Under the pieces are notes generated by a model. It did no database searches and was not told where the DNA came from. It saw only the letters and a list, made by a program, of their open reading frames with translations. The translations under genes and the position numbers were made by a program. This document shows positions 47,132-57,919 of a DNA stretch of 64,000 nt, one piece after another (positions within the stretch are counted from its first letter, which is position 1; the number at the start of each line of letters is the position of its first letter). Source of the stretch: a virus; the IMG/VR virus record IMGVR_UViG_3300045988_076685, positions 117,466 through 181,465 of that record. The stretch is one strand, 5' to 3'.

Positions 47132-47464
47132 CTATAATTTTTTTAATATTTTTACATTTTTAATTAATGGCTCACCATCAGTACCGGTTTCATCTAACAA
47201 ATCACCGGTTACTAGATATTTATTGCCAGTAAAGTATGCTACATGATATATAAAACCATTAAATGCTTTTTCATTTGTTGGAAATGGAAGAACGGGAGAG
47301 TATGTTCCATTTATATTTTTATGAGCTTCATAAACAGACACACCTTTTTCTTTACCTATTACTTCATTACTATTATTCCATATAGATGAACATTCATCCT
47401 CTGGAATTTCATCAAATCTGTAAAATATCATATTATTCTTTTTAAGTTTTATACTAAATACCAA
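47132..47464 (-). CDS. hypothetical protein
   Basis: 110 aa ORF. Confidence 0.4.
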   Translation of the reverse strand: MVFSIKLKKNNMIFYRFDEIPEDECSSIWNNSNEVIGKEKGVSVYEAHKNINGTYSPVLPFPTNEKAFNGFIYHVAYFTGNKYLVTGDLLDETGTDGEPLIKNVKILKKL

Positions 47465-47570
47465 AAGTATTTATCTACTAGTTGAGATATATCAGGATCT
47501 AAACTTTTTACATCTTTGAGGATTGAGTGAGTAATGGTTTCTAAGATTTCTAAGTCATTGTTATTCATGC

Positions 47571-47921
47571 TCATTTTTCTTTAATACCTAGAACATCATT
47601 GATTTTTTTCTCAATGAACTCATCAGAAGTATTCTCTTTTATTAAGGCATCAATATCAGGTAACTCTACATCAACTTTATCTTCTTGTACTTTTGAAGTA
47701 AGCATACCCATTACTAATTTCGCCCAAGGACTATTAGCCATATTTGTTAATGAATCCTTTTGGATTTCATAAGCTTTCTTCAACTCTCCATTATCATGGA
47801 AATATTTAAGAACATCTGTCAATGCAGCAACAAAGTTTTTGTCAGACATTGAGTTATTCTTTGCTTCTTCTAGTTTAATCATTAGAAAAAGTAATGATGA
47901 ATGCAAATCTGTTTTGCTCAT
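47571..47921 (-). CDS. hypothetical protein
   Basis: 116 aa ORF. Confidence 0.4.
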   Translation of the reverse strand: MSKTDLHSSLLFLMIKLEEAKNNSMSDKNFVAALTDVLKYFHDNGELKKAYEIQKDSLTNMANSPWAKLVMGMLTSKVQEDKVDVELPDIDALIKENTSDEFIEKKINDVLGIKEK

Positions 47922-47923
47922 AA

Positions 47924-48193
47924 TTAATCCTTTCTTTTATGATTCTTAATTACATAAGTTGTATCATTATTATTAACTACATAAATACTTAAAGTATCTA
48001 AATAGCAAGAACAATCTGGATCATGAATAATACTATTACGACTTCTAGAATTATCCCATACCAAATAATGGTGTCCTTTATACCACCATTCATCAGTTGG
48101 AGCTATTTGCGCCTCTCTAAGTTCCTTCATCTGTTCCTTGCTACAGGATGTAAACGAAAGAATAGATAATACTATAAAGATAATTTTTTTCAT
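47924..48193 (-). CDS. putative lipoprotein
   Basis: 89 aa; signal peptide MKKIIFIVLSILSFTSC with lipobox. Confidence 0.45.
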   Translation of the reverse strand: MKKIIFIVLSILSFTSCSKEQMKELREAQIAPTDEWWYKGHHYLVWDNSRSRNSIIHDPDCSCYLDTLSIYVVNNNDTTYVIKNHKRKD

Positions 48194-48196
48194 AGT

Positions 48197-48574
48197 TTAT
48201 TCTTCTTTTATACCAAATGGAGTTCCATCTGCAAATGTGTATTCTTTAATAGCATCTGAATAATTAATACTATCATCAACATCTGTTATAAAACTGTATT
48301 CGATTTCTCCTATCAGTTTAGTATATCCAATGGGTTGATGTTTTTGCATTTCATTCCAGCACTCTTTTGCATCTTTGAAAGGACGATATTTTGGTTCAGG
48401 TTTAATACGATATTCATAAGTATCTTGGAATTTTAGCTCTTCTGTTTCTTTCCAGGTTGTTGAATATTGCCAGCCTTTATTTAACTTCCAAGATCTGGTT
48501 CTACGTTCTATCGTTTTTCCTTCTGCAAAAGCTTGCATTATAGGATAAAATTTTTTAGCTTGATTTCTGTTCAT
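48197..48574 (-). CDS. hypothetical protein
   Basis: 125 aa ORF. Confidence 0.4.
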   Translation of the reverse strand: MNRNQAKKFYPIMQAFAEGKTIERRTRSWKLNKGWQYSTTWKETEELKFQDTYEYRIKPEPKYRPFKDAKECWNEMQKHQPIGYTKLIGEIEYSFITDVDDSINYSDAIKEYTFADGTPFGIKEE

Positions 48575-48579
48575 ATTAA

Positions 48580-48924
48580 TTATAATTTAATTGGGAAACC
48601 ATGAACATAAACTTCACGATTGTCATAAGTACCATCTTTTTTCTCCATATGGAAGAAGAGGGTCAAACTCAATGTCGCACACATAAACCTTTCCGATGGT
48701 GAACGATATGGAACTATTCTAGAAAGCCGACCTATACGCCCATCTTCATCCATAATTTTATCTCCGATTTTAACAGGCAAGGCTTTAATATAGTCTTCTT
48801 GAAATTGTTTCATTTCTCGAAGTAGTTCATCGCGTCTTACATTTAATTTGTCCTTTTTATTTATAAAAGATTTAACGATTTCTCGCCATCTTTTTGCGTT
48901 CCTTTCTATTTCTTCTTTTGTCAT
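48580..48924 (-). CDS. hypothetical protein
   Basis: 114 aa ORF. Confidence 0.4.
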   Translation of the reverse strand: MTKEEIERNAKRWREIVKSFINKKDKLNVRRDELLREMKQFQEDYIKALPVKIGDKIMDEDGRIGRLSRIVPYRSPSERFMCATLSLTLFFHMEKKDGTYDNREVYVHGFPIKL

Positions 48925-48926
48925 AA

Positions 48927-49385
48927 TTAATCCTCTAACTCTTTAAGTGCTTTTTCAAGTTCCTCAAATGCTTTTGACTTTTCTCTATATTTCTCATCAG
49001 GAGGTATCATCACACCATCAATAGCATTACGAAACCTGTTTTTAGCGCTGATTAATAATAACTTTATTTTATTTAATGCCTTTCGTTTATAAAAGTCTGG
49101 AACTCTGTGAACTTCCCACCAAGAACCTCCTTCATCACCACAAGACACTATCCATACTGGTTCTTTAGTATCTTTATCTCGGCAATAAACCATACCACGA
49201 ACTTTATCATACATAAAGATTGACTCTACCTCAAAATCTAAATCTTTTAGAGTAGCATAAAATTTACAATATTCATCAAACTTAACAAAAGATTCTTCAT
49301 CATTGTATAAGTCTATTTTGAGTATTTCTAGATTATTCTTTTCGACAATTTCTAGAATTGACTTTTTAACATTTATTTTACACAT
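48927..49385 (-). CDS. hypothetical protein
   Basis: 152 aa ORF. Confidence 0.4.
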   Translation of the reverse strand: MCKINVKKSILEIVEKNNLEILKIDLYNDEESFVKFDEYCKFYATLKDLDFEVESIFMYDKVRGMVYCRDKDTKEPVWIVSCGDEGGSWWEVHRVPDFYKRKALNKIKLLLISAKNRFRNAIDGVMIPPDEKYREKSKAFEELEKALKELED

Positions 49386-49480
49386 TATTTATCCTCCTTA
49401 TGATATTTATGAAGTTTGTCTAAGTCCAATTCCATTTGAATAACTTCTCCTGTATCTTCATCAACAAAATCTTCTTTATA

Positions 49481-49639
49481 AATATTACTCATTACTTATC
49501 CTCCTTTGTATTACACGTTGTTTGATCTCCTTCATAATAAGGAGCGCCGACTTTAGGTAATATTTGAGTGCTCCTATTACAGGAACATTGCATCACCCAA
49601 GGTGCGTTTACCTTTCCACACCTAGGGCATATCCATCCT
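49481..49639 (-). CDS. small zinc-ribbon protein (52 aa)
   Basis: Hand-translated MTQEGWICPRCGKVNAPWVMQCSCNRS...; CPRC...CSC pattern; GC-richer patch. Confidence 0.3.
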
Positions 49640-49912
49640 TCTTGTGTCATATTCTTTTATTTTTTTAAAAACTACCGCAGAATCTACTGGTATATTCCCT
49701 TCATACGTGATACGTAATTCAGTTTTACCTTTATATACATCGATTGCCCGTGGTCTGCTATTTATGTATCCAATAATAAGTGTTAAACCAAGTATAAATC
49801 CTACATAAGATATTATAACACCTATTTTTTCATCAGATTCATGTATGATTGCTATTCCTAAACAAATAGTAAGAATCACAAGAAGGATTCCTAATATTAA
49901 CCAAATTATCAT
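49622..49912 (-). CDS. small membrane protein
   Basis: 96 aa with two TM helices. Confidence 0.4.
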   Translation of the reverse strand: MIIWLILGILLVILTICLGIAIIHESDEKIGVIISYVGFILGLTLIIGYINSRPRAIDVYKGKTELRITYEGNIPVDSAVVFKKIKEYDTRRMDMP

Positions 49913-50084
49913 ATTCTTTTATTTTACCCTCTCCTTTTTACCAGAGAGAAGGTAGCAAGTTATTTTTTGAACAATGTTTTACCACACAAAAGACTCATAT
50001 CTACTATAACGGAAATTAAATTTTCGTAACATTCCTTTAATGCATGATCATTTTCTTTCTGAGAATCTTCCATATCAATGATAG

Positions 50085-50381
50085 TTACTCTGTTACTTCC
50101 TCATAAGTCTTATCAAAAATATCAGGCTTACAAGGATAGAATTCTCCGTTTACACCTTTGATAATATAGTCACCAATAGATGCTTTCATATCTCCTTCTA
50201 ATGTTGGGATATAAAACCCACCTTTATCTTTAACATCATCAATGGTTACTGCTTTTCCAATTAAAGATGTTTCCATTCCTATTTTAAAAACCCACTCAAT
50301 ACATTCTTCTATTGAATCATTGCTATTCAATAACCTAATAGCTTCAATAGTAACTGGCTTTTTTCTAAATTTCTTAATCAT
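50085..50381 (-). CDS. hypothetical protein
   Basis: 98 aa ORF. Confidence 0.4.
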   Translation of the reverse strand: MIKKFRKKPVTIEAIRLLNSNDSIEECIEWVFKIGMETSLIGKAVTIDDVKDKGGFYIPTLEGDMKASIGDYIIKGVNGEFYPCKPDIFDKTYEEVTE

Positions 50382-50419
50382 ATTATCAGCAATTTATACT
50401 CTTATAAAAAAATAATTAA

Positions 50420-50665
50420 TTATTTGTTTGGAATACAACGATTCTCAAACTTCTTATAAGCATCTAGGTAGAACTCATCTTTGACCTTATTGTAGGTCAC
50501 TTCATAGTACATACCATCTGGAAGTGTTGTTGAGAGCAGCCACTTTACATTACCAAGAATGTAGCACTGCCATACTACAAATACTTCAAACTCTTGTTTT
50601 GGATCACTCTTATCCAAGTGTTCCTCAACATACTTACGTACAAATTCACTTACTTTTTTATTCAT
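50420..50665 (-). CDS. hypothetical protein
   Basis: 81 aa ORF. Confidence 0.35.
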   Translation of the reverse strand: MNKKVSEFVRKYVEEHLDKSDPKQEFEVFVVWQCYILGNVKWLLSTTLPDGMYYEVTYNKVKDEFYLDAYKKFENRCIPNK

Positions 50666-50902
50666 ATTATTCTAATTTATGTCCTATGAAGGATAGTTAA
50701 TCTTTATAAGTATTTGCATCTAAATCAATAACTACAAATCCCATTGCAGTACTAGGAATTCCATTCCGAACCACACTTTTATTTTCGGAAAAAAGAACTA
50801 CTGCATGTTTGCGACCTTTACTATCTGGTATTTCATATCTTTCATATGAATGTTTATTACTCATAATCTATCTATTTATATCCTTTGCAGAATTGTTAGT
50901 TA

Positions 50903-51115
50903 CTAAAGCTCATCAAACTCCTTCTGAAGTCTCTGTTTTGTTTCATTCAGAAGCTGTTTGAATTTAGTTTTAAATTCCTCGTCACACTGTACTAATCCCC
51001 AAAGGGCATCAGCAGTGTTATTAGTAATATCTGAAGGTATATTTAAGAGCACATTTACTTTAGGAATTAAACTTTTTGCTAAGATATTTCCTCTTTCTAA
51101 TTTTTCTGTATTCAT
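50903..51115 (-). CDS. hypothetical protein
   Basis: 70 aa ORF. Confidence 0.3.
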   Translation of the reverse strand: MNTEKLERGNILAKSLIPKVNVLLNIPSDITNNTADALWGLVQCDEEFKTKFKQLLNETKQRLQKEFDEL

Positions 51116-51145
51116 ATTACTATCTATTTATCTTTTACAGAATAG

Positions 51146-51463
51146 TTAATCACGCTGTCCATGATATACTTCGGTGCTAGGTGGTTTTGGTAAATCATAT
51201 ATAAGATAATTATTATATCTTTGAAATGCCTCACAGAAAGCTTTCATAACCATCATATTTTTATAGTAATCATGATATTCTTCTGAATTGATATCCGGTC
51301 TAGGGAATTCAGAATTCATTTTATTACTAATAAATTCACAACATTTATCAACCAGTTTATCATGATCATATTTAGGAATATCATACCCACTAAAGAATAT
51401 GTTCCTTTCTACTTTATCTTTATTTTCTTCAATAAAAGTTTTTAGAAAATCATCATAACTCAT
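51146..51463 (-). CDS. hypothetical protein
   Basis: 105 aa ORF. Confidence 0.4.
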   Translation of the reverse strand: MSYDDFLKTFIEENKDKVERNIFFSGYDIPKYDHDKLVDKCCEFISNKMNSEFPRPDINSEEYHDYYKNMMVMKAFCEAFQRYNNYLIYDLPKPPSTEVYHGQRD

Positions 51464-52319
51464 ATTCTTTTATATTTAAAGATAATTAATTATTAATAAT
51501 GTAAGTTAGGATTGAACTGCCTATAATAGAAAATATTAGTATAAGTCCCCATATAGCACACCCTAACCCAGCATCTTCATCTAGTCTTTTAGCCTCTTCT
51601 TCTGTCATATTTTTAAATTTATACCACGAAGGCGTTAAACACTTAATGATACATAATTCTCATACAAGATATGATTACAGATATAAAACTCATAATCAGT
51701 CCTATAATAAGACATATTCCTATTATATTATTATTATCTATTTTCATATTATTATCTATTATTTTTAATAAAATAAATATTCATCACAAGGTTCTCCAAC
51801 ATATTTCCTTGCTTCATCTACAGTACTGAATGTTTTTCGTGTAATGTAGATAAATGGAATACAGCCAAATAACATATTGTCTTGAACTACATATCGTACT
51901 GGATGTAACTTTCCAATAATTCTTTTTGTCATATCTACATCTTTATTTTAAACATTTAACAATACTCTTTTGAGTTTTATTCGTAATTTTTCTTTTAACT
52001 CTTTTGCCTCATTCCAAGGTGTATACATTGTAGTATAAACATTATAATTACGTTCATCTATACAATGTAAGCCTGTTATGAGTAATTCCAATTCTTCGTC
52101 GGATAATACAATATTTTTGTCCATAATCGAAAGAAGTTAGGAATTAACTATACAAAGTTGTTCATAGACAGTAGATTTCACTACAATAGGTTCAGAACCT
52201 AAGTCGTTATCATCTATCTTGATAACAATTTCCATATCTCCTTCTTCACCATAAATGTTTTGAAGTTGTTGAATAAATTCACTTATAAGCATACTATTAT
52301 ATTTTATTGCCCAAGGCAG

Positions 52320-52538
52320 TTAAACATCTATTTGATTATCACACTTTTCTGTTTCATCAGGAACAGAAATTTCATCCCACATATCACACTTACCATTATC
52401 ATTGTAGAGACAAGGTTTATGGCAAATTCCTCTAATATCTTCTCTTAGCATACTTACACTCCTCTTAATTGTCTTATAACCATGCAAATAAAACAGAAGC
52501 CTATTATAAAAATAACTATTCCTGTTTCCATATACCAT
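52320..52538 (-). CDS. Cys-containing small hypothetical protein
   Basis: 72 aa ORF. Confidence 0.3.
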   Translation of the reverse strand: MVYGNRNSYFYNRLLFYLHGYKTIKRSVSMLREDIRGICHKPCLYNDNGKCDMWDEISVPDETEKCDNQIDV

Positions 52539-52620
52539 GAATGTATGTAAATTTTTATACCTACATACATAAGTACTATTCCTACAATTGCAATTATTAA
52601 TAACAAAATTGTCAACATAT

Positions 52621-52986
52621 TTACACTTTCATTTCATGATTAAGGTCTAGACCAAAAAGAATGTTTTGTAATTCAGACACATACTTTAAACCCTCTTTAA
52701 TAGTACTTAAAATATCGTCTTTTTTAAACCCCACTAGAATATCATAAGTATAGTCATATTTTTCAATAGCCCATACTTCTTGATGGTTATTTAAATCAAG
52801 TTTATAATATATTTTAGTCTTTCTCCAACCATTCTTTTCTAGAATTTCTGAAGTGAGAGGAATTGGCTTAATATTCTTATAATTTATAAGAGCTAAATTA
52901 AGTGCAGATAAAGACCTAATATTCCAATGACCTTCATCATCTTTTTGATAGACCAAATCTCCTGGAATGTATCTTAATTTATTCAT
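52621..52986 (-). CDS. hypothetical protein
   Basis: 121 aa ORF. Confidence 0.4.
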   Translation of the reverse strand: MNKLRYIPGDLVYQKDDEGHWNIRSLSALNLALINYKNIKPIPLTSEILEKNGWRKTKIYYKLDLNNHQEVWAIEKYDYTYDILVGFKKDDILSTIKEGLKYVSELQNILFGLDLNHEMKV

Positions 52987-53170
52987 ATACTTTACTTTTT
53001 ATGATTTAACATATAAGCCATATCGTATATTTTGAGACACATTTGACAAACATCTTCAAGACTTCTTGTGTCCCAATCATAGTACATTCTTCCGTGGTCT
53101 TCGGTTATTACTACAACTTGTCTGTCACGGAGGATTCGCCATATCATTTTTAATTTATGTTTCATACGCT

Positions 53171-53416
53171 TTATTTCACTCTTTTAAATCTAATAACTGC
53201 GTCAATATATCCAGCCGATGGCAGATAAAAATGATAAGTACCACTAGAATGCCCAATGCATGCCTGAGCATTAATATCCACATTCTTAATGGTATAAATT
53301 TCTGTTTTACCGTCAACGAAAGTAAGTTCATACATTCTTGTCTCGGTTTTAACCGGCTTACTTTTGCAAGCTATAAGTAGCAATGTTGGCAGTATAACTA
53401 AAAATATTTTTTTCAT
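53171..53416 (-). CDS. putative lipoprotein
   Basis: 81 aa; MKKIFLVILPTLLLIACKSKP signal plus lipobox. Confidence 0.45.
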   Translation of the reverse strand: MKKIFLVILPTLLLIACKSKPVKTETRMYELTFVDGKTEIYTIKNVDINAQACIGHSSGTYHFYLPSAGYIDAVIRFKRVK

Positions 53417-53749
53417 ACGCTTTACTTTTTTAATTATTATCTAATTCTGATTTAAGAGTTACTATAAACCCATGAATAGTAAGGAGTGCAAACAAACCAA
53501 TAACATTTTCTCTGAGCATAAAGTAACTATAAGCTTCTAATATTCCTATAAGTAAATAAGTAATACTTATAAGAAGTAGCCTAAATTGTTTCATATCATT
53601 GTTCATCTTTACATACGTTTAAGACATTGTATATGCTATTATAAAGGACACAATAATTAAAAGTACAATAGATATGATAATGCTATATTCATCTTTTATT
53701 GCAATTGTACTAATTGCTATTATAATAATAACTATTAAAAGTAATGTAC

Positions 53750-54196
53750 TCATTGCTCGTCTCCTTTCTCTGGCAGTATATCAGATAAGTAAGCCCATTT
53801 GATGATTTGGCATCTACTAATCGAATGTCTCCAAGATTCCGTATTCCAAAGAATGGATTCTTTAAACTGTAGATAAGCATCGTTATCAAAACCAAGGGTA
53901 ATAATATCGCTCTTGCTCTTATCTGGTTCTTCTGTATTTTGATGCCACAAGTCTTTTAAGAACTCATTGATAGCCCATTTAGCACCTAATTCAATAGCTT
54001 GTTTAATCTGATAATCTAAATATACAGGTTCTGATATATGGTCTACACATATCATTCCCTCGCTATTCTTTAAGAAGTGTTTGTTAAAGATATTATCTTT
54101 AGTTTCTTCTAATTTATTATCGTCTATCATATTTTTAAGTTTTATAATGACCTCCACGACCAGTATTGTGCTGGGGCTAAGAAGGTATATGGGCAT
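53750..54196 (-). CDS. hypothetical protein
   Basis: 148 aa ORF. Confidence 0.4.
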   Translation of the reverse strand: MPIYLLSPSTILVVEVIIKLKNMIDDNKLEETKDNIFNKHFLKNSEGMICVDHISEPVYLDYQIKQAIELGAKWAINEFLKDLWHQNTEEPDKSKSDIITLGFDNDAYLQFKESILWNTESWRHSISRCQIIKWAYLSDILPEKGDEQ

Positions 54197-54243
54197 AAAG
54201 CCTTAACTTACTTTCGCTCATTCTGTGTCGTGGAGGTTATATT

Positions 54244-55212
54244 CTACTTAGAGTCTTTTGCCGTACCTAATAAATGTTCATTACCTTCATAAGGAATACA
54301 ATAGTTCCAACTAGCATAAACACAATAGTAAGGCTCACCTATATTTTTATGACTAAACAAGTTTGCGCGCCACTTATTTGCTTTACTATCTCTAACCAAC
54401 ACTTTATCAAATGGCTTAAACTCGCACTTTGGCTTCAGATTCACAATCTGTTTCTTCTCAGCATCCCAAGCCTTGTTTTCCTTAGCTAGAGCCTCAAAGA
54501 GTTGCTGCTTCTCTGAATCAGTGGCTAGACGAAGACTTCTATTGTGACCAAATCTATACTCATTATAATGTACTTCATAATCTTCATATCTTACAATTAT
54601 AAGGGCTTTGCTGACAATAGTGTCTTTTATAGCAGCAATAAAAATTACCTTATCATAATAATTATCTTCCTCAGCTACAACTATATCCCCATTCTTGAAC
54701 TTTGGCTGCCCCTTTTCAACTTCCAAAGTTTTAAGATTTAGTTTACCCCCGATTTCTTTTTCGATATTAGATATGTAAGTCTGAATAGCATCACCTTTTT
54801 CAATATGAAATTGTTGTGTGCAGGCAGTGTAACGTCCGGAAATATAACTGTATCCTGACTTATCGTCACCATCACAGTAATATTTACCTATGAAGGTTGT
54901 ATATGTATCATTACTAAACTTTTCGAAGATAATATGTGCATTATTTTCATTAACCAAGACATCACCTTTCTTCCAGGCAAATTTACTCCAATCTTGCATT
55001 TCCTTTGAAGGGAATAGTAAACATTCTCCACCTGTATGATATACTCCATCAAAGTTAAAATAACTCACTTCATTATATGGTTTTCTTACACATATATCGC
55101 TTGACTCATCTTTTACATAGCAAAATGTGCAATTGCCAAATATTGGAGAATATAACTTAATACCCTGAGGTTTATTTCTAAGGATTTCTGCTATAATAAG
55201 TTCTTGTTCCAT
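54244..55212 (-). CDS. hypothetical protein
   Basis: 322 aa ORF. Confidence 0.5.
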   Translation of the reverse strand: MEQELIIAEILRNKPQGIKLYSPIFGNCTFCYVKDESSDICVRKPYNEVSYFNFDGVYHTGGECLLFPSKEMQDWSKFAWKKGDVLVNENNAHIIFEKFSNDTYTTFIGKYYCDGDDKSGYSYISGRYTACTQQFHIEKGDAIQTYISNIEKEIGGKLNLKTLEVEKGQPKFKNGDIVVAEEDNYYDKVIFIAAIKDTIVSKALIIVRYEDYEVHYNEYRFGHNRSLRLATDSEKQQLFEALAKENKAWDAEKKQIVNLKPKCEFKPFDKVLVRDSKANKWRANLFSHKNIGEPYYCVYASWNYCIPYEGNEHLLGTAKDSK

Positions 55213-55370
55213 AATTTATTTAATTTAACGAAATATATTATATATTATATCTTCATATTTAAGTTTATCTATTACTTTATCCAAGTAATCAATAGCTACT
55301 ACACAATCAGGTCTAAATCTTTTTATTTCAAAAACTAGTTGCTCTAAATCTGATAATCTAGTATCCATAA

Positions 55371-55769
55371 TTAGCTATTAATACTATTTATAATAGAGTT
55401 ATAAATTATACTCCAATTAGATTCTTCTTTATCTCCTAAGTCCGGATCTTGAATATCTTTTATTACAGCAAGATAAGCGTTTTTAAATTGTTCTGGTGTA
55501 ATTTTCTCCCAAACTTTGAAATCATATATATTAGATACATATCTGCTGATAGTAGCATCTTTTAAACATATAAAATATATCCAATTATTTTTTATTGAAA
55601 CAATTTTTAATAAATAATTCCATATTTTATCTATGTAACAATCACCAACAGTAAACTTTGAATAAACCTCTTTCTTTTCTAATTCTTTAATTTTACTGTA
55701 AATATTATTACTTTCTTCTTGTAATTTCTTATATTTATTCCTTAGTTCTTCTAATGTTTCCATAATCAA
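55371..55769 (-). CDS. hypothetical protein
   Basis: 132 aa ORF. Confidence 0.4.
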   Translation of the reverse strand: MIMETLEELRNKYKKLQEESNNIYSKIKELEKKEVYSKFTVGDCYIDKIWNYLLKIVSIKNNWIYFICLKDATISRYVSNIYDFKVWEKITPEQFKNAYLAVIKDIQDPDLGDKEESNWSIIYNSIINSINS

Positions 55770-56395
55770 TTTTTATAAATAGCATCAAGAATACTCCTAA
55801 AATTAGGATTAGTTATTACATATTCAGCATCATCTTTATTTTTAAACATAGGAATACCATAGTAAACACTTGTTTGTGGACTTAATGCAGTATAATGATA
55901 TACACCGTGTGTACTATAATAAATAGCATAACCCATAGTCTTATCATCATTCGCATTGTAATTCCAATCTCCATTAAAATATCTAGCAATATCCATGAGA
56001 TTAGCAATAGCAACTAATTTATTATTATGATAATCTTTAATACCACAACGATTAGTAAGATAACAATCCTCTTTAGTTGATCCATGTATTCGTTCAAGAG
56101 TTAACCATTTATCTCTAAACTTAATAATACCCTTAGCTAAATCACTATTTTCTAAATCTATCTCCATTCCTTCAGGAATATCAATAGTTAATTGATTATT
56201 CTTTATTTCCATATTATTTACTTCTTTAAATATTATATTGGTATTATCAGATCTATAACCTCTAAAACATAGACCGACAATACTAGATGTTGAAACACAG
56301 TGCCCATTAATATCACAATTTTCACATTTAGATCCTTTTACTACTTGATAGGTTTTATCTCCACAAGTAAATATTTCACCTACTTTTCTTTCCAT
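55766..56395 (-). CDS. Cys-rich hypothetical protein
   Basis: 209 aa; N-terminal CxxC..C..C cluster (CGDKTY...CENCDINGHC). Confidence 0.45.
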   Translation of the reverse strand: MERKVGEIFTCGDKTYQVVKGSKCENCDINGHCVSTSSIVGLCFRGYRSDNTNIIFKEVNNMEIKNNQLTIDIPEGMEIDLENSDLAKGIIKFRDKWLTLERIHGSTKEDCYLTNRCGIKDYHNNKLVAIANLMDIARYFNGDWNYNANDDKTMGYAIYYSTHGVYHYTALSPQTSVYYGIPMFKNKDDAEYVITNPNFRSILDAIYKN

Positions 56396-56835
56396 AATTC
56401 TTTAACATTAAAATCTTCATTTTTATTAATGTGTTTAAATTCACCTGTATAAACAAGGGTATTAGATACTACTTCATTATAACAATTAACTACATATATA
56501 CTACCTTTTGGAATAATAAATTTTCCTACATAAACATGATTATATAAAACATTTGTAATAATAAAAGGATACAAATTCCCATTAGGAAAAAAGAGCATAT
56601 CTTTTGTCCGTGAGTCACATATCCCCTGTAAAGATAATAAACTATGTAAACCTATATTAATAGAATCTCTATTAAAGTCTACATATTCACGCATAGGAGT
56701 GTTTCTACTATACATATAGGTAGTCTTAAAATAAGAATAAAACCTAACTTCATCTGCAAAGCAGCCTACTTTATAAACTGTAATATCTCTTTTTGCTATT
56801 AAGAGTTTACTTTCTTCTGTTTTATTGAAACACAT
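56380..56835 (-). CDS. MCW-family paralog 1
   Basis: 151 aa; starts MCFNK; shares ITVYKVG and FIIPKGSIYVVN...VVSNTLVYTGEF blocks with four other ORFs. Confidence 0.5.
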   Translation of the reverse strand: MCFNKTEESKLLIAKRDITVYKVGCFADEVRFYSYFKTTYMYSRNTPMREYVDFNRDSINIGLHSLLSLQGICDSRTKDMLFFPNGNLYPFIITNVLYNHVYVGKFIIPKGSIYVVNCYNEVVSNTLVYTGEFKHINKNEDFNVKELWKEK

Positions 56836-56868
56836 AAACTTAATCTTTAAAATAATTAATTATTTTAT

Positions 56869-57189
56869 CTAGAGCTTTATCATACTCTTCTTTAGTACAT
56901 TTTTTATAATATGTCTCTTTAAAAGTTTCCAATAATAGGTTTCCTTTGTAAGGCAAGGTGAATCTATAGTATTTAACTCATGTACATATATATTGCCACC
57001 TTTAATATCATAGACTTTGCAGAATAAACCATAAGTATCAGTGTAATAACATCCTTTCTTGATATTACCTTCCCTTAGTACATCTCTCAATTCCATGATT
57101 TTAAGTATTAAAACTGTGTCTTGCTCCTTTAATGAAGTTCGTTTCTTTTGTAATTCTCTAATTTGCTTAACTACTTCTTGTTCATCCAT
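56869..57189 (-). CDS. hypothetical protein
   Basis: 106 aa ORF. Confidence 0.4.
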   Translation of the reverse strand: MDEQEVVKQIRELQKKRTSLKEQDTVLILKIMELRDVLREGNIKKGCYYTDTYGLFCKVYDIKGGNIYVHELNTIDSPCLTKETYYWKLLKRHIIKNVLKKSMIKL

Positions 57190-57211
57190 AATTAATTTTG
57201 TTAATGTGTTA

Positions 57212-57254
57212 AACGTAAAAAGGAGTATACTAACTAATTAGCTAATATACTCCT
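57212..57254 (-). terminator. putative intrinsic terminator
   Basis: 9-bp stem AGGAGUAUA/UAUACUCCU followed by UUUUACGUUU on the minus strand, closing the ORF-free stretch downstream of tRNA-Leu. Confidence 0.4.
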
Positions 57255-57734
57255 ATGAAACCTGGCATTTCAGTCTGTCAAAGACTTTGGAGAAGTAATA
57301 CGAATCGAACGTACTTCAACTACTTAGATAACTAATGATAGAAAGCTTTTACCTGCAATATTATATTGTGTTATCTTTCGCCTTATCACCTGTCCTACAT
57401 ACTTGCAATTATATAGGTAACTTCTCTTTTCCCTAATTAGGTATAACGATTGAAACTTCGCAGTGGGGGACTTACGAATTAAACGTACTTCGAAACTTTC
57501 GTTCACAATTCCTAGGGAGTTACTAGAATTACCCTATTCCATTGTTTCCATTTCTTATCAATCTGCCCTATAATATTCGCGACTATATAGGTATCCCCCA
57601 AGTTGGTTGCATTTGTTTGATATATCCTTCTTAATCTAACTAATAAACAACATTAGTTAATTAATATTCTTTTACCAGTCGGGTGCAACCTATGTATCTA
57701 TATATATCTAGAATACAAACCAACCCGATTTCCG

Positions 57735-57816
57735 TCGGAATAGTGGGACTCGAACCCACACGCATTACTGCATATGCTCCTAGGGCATACGTGTCTACCA
57801 ATTCCACCATACTCCG
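57735..57816 (-). tRNA. tRNA-Leu (anticodon UAG), type II
   Basis: Acceptor CGGAGUA/UAUUCCG (one G-U), D arm GGUGGAAUUGGUAGACAC, anticodon arm uaugc-ccUAGga-gcaua (C33 unusual), variable hairpin gca-guaa-ugc, T arm guggGUUCGAGUcccac. Confidence 0.65.
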
Positions 57817-57919
57817 TAGTATCTTTTCATTTGCTATTATAAAAATAACTAACCCTAGAGAAAAGATATAAAAGACTAAGTTTTTATTGCACAGAATATT
57901 ATTATATGAATGCTTACTA

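Noticed and set aside
53710-53895. Minus-strand 61-aa ORF
   Set aside because: Overlaps the longer ORF 53750..54196 in another frame; the shorter one is dropped.
57324-57506. Minus-strand 60-aa ORF in the ORF-free segment
   Set aside because: Spans the two repeated RNA-like motifs, has no start context, and has a very basic low-complexity translation. The region is treated as non-coding.
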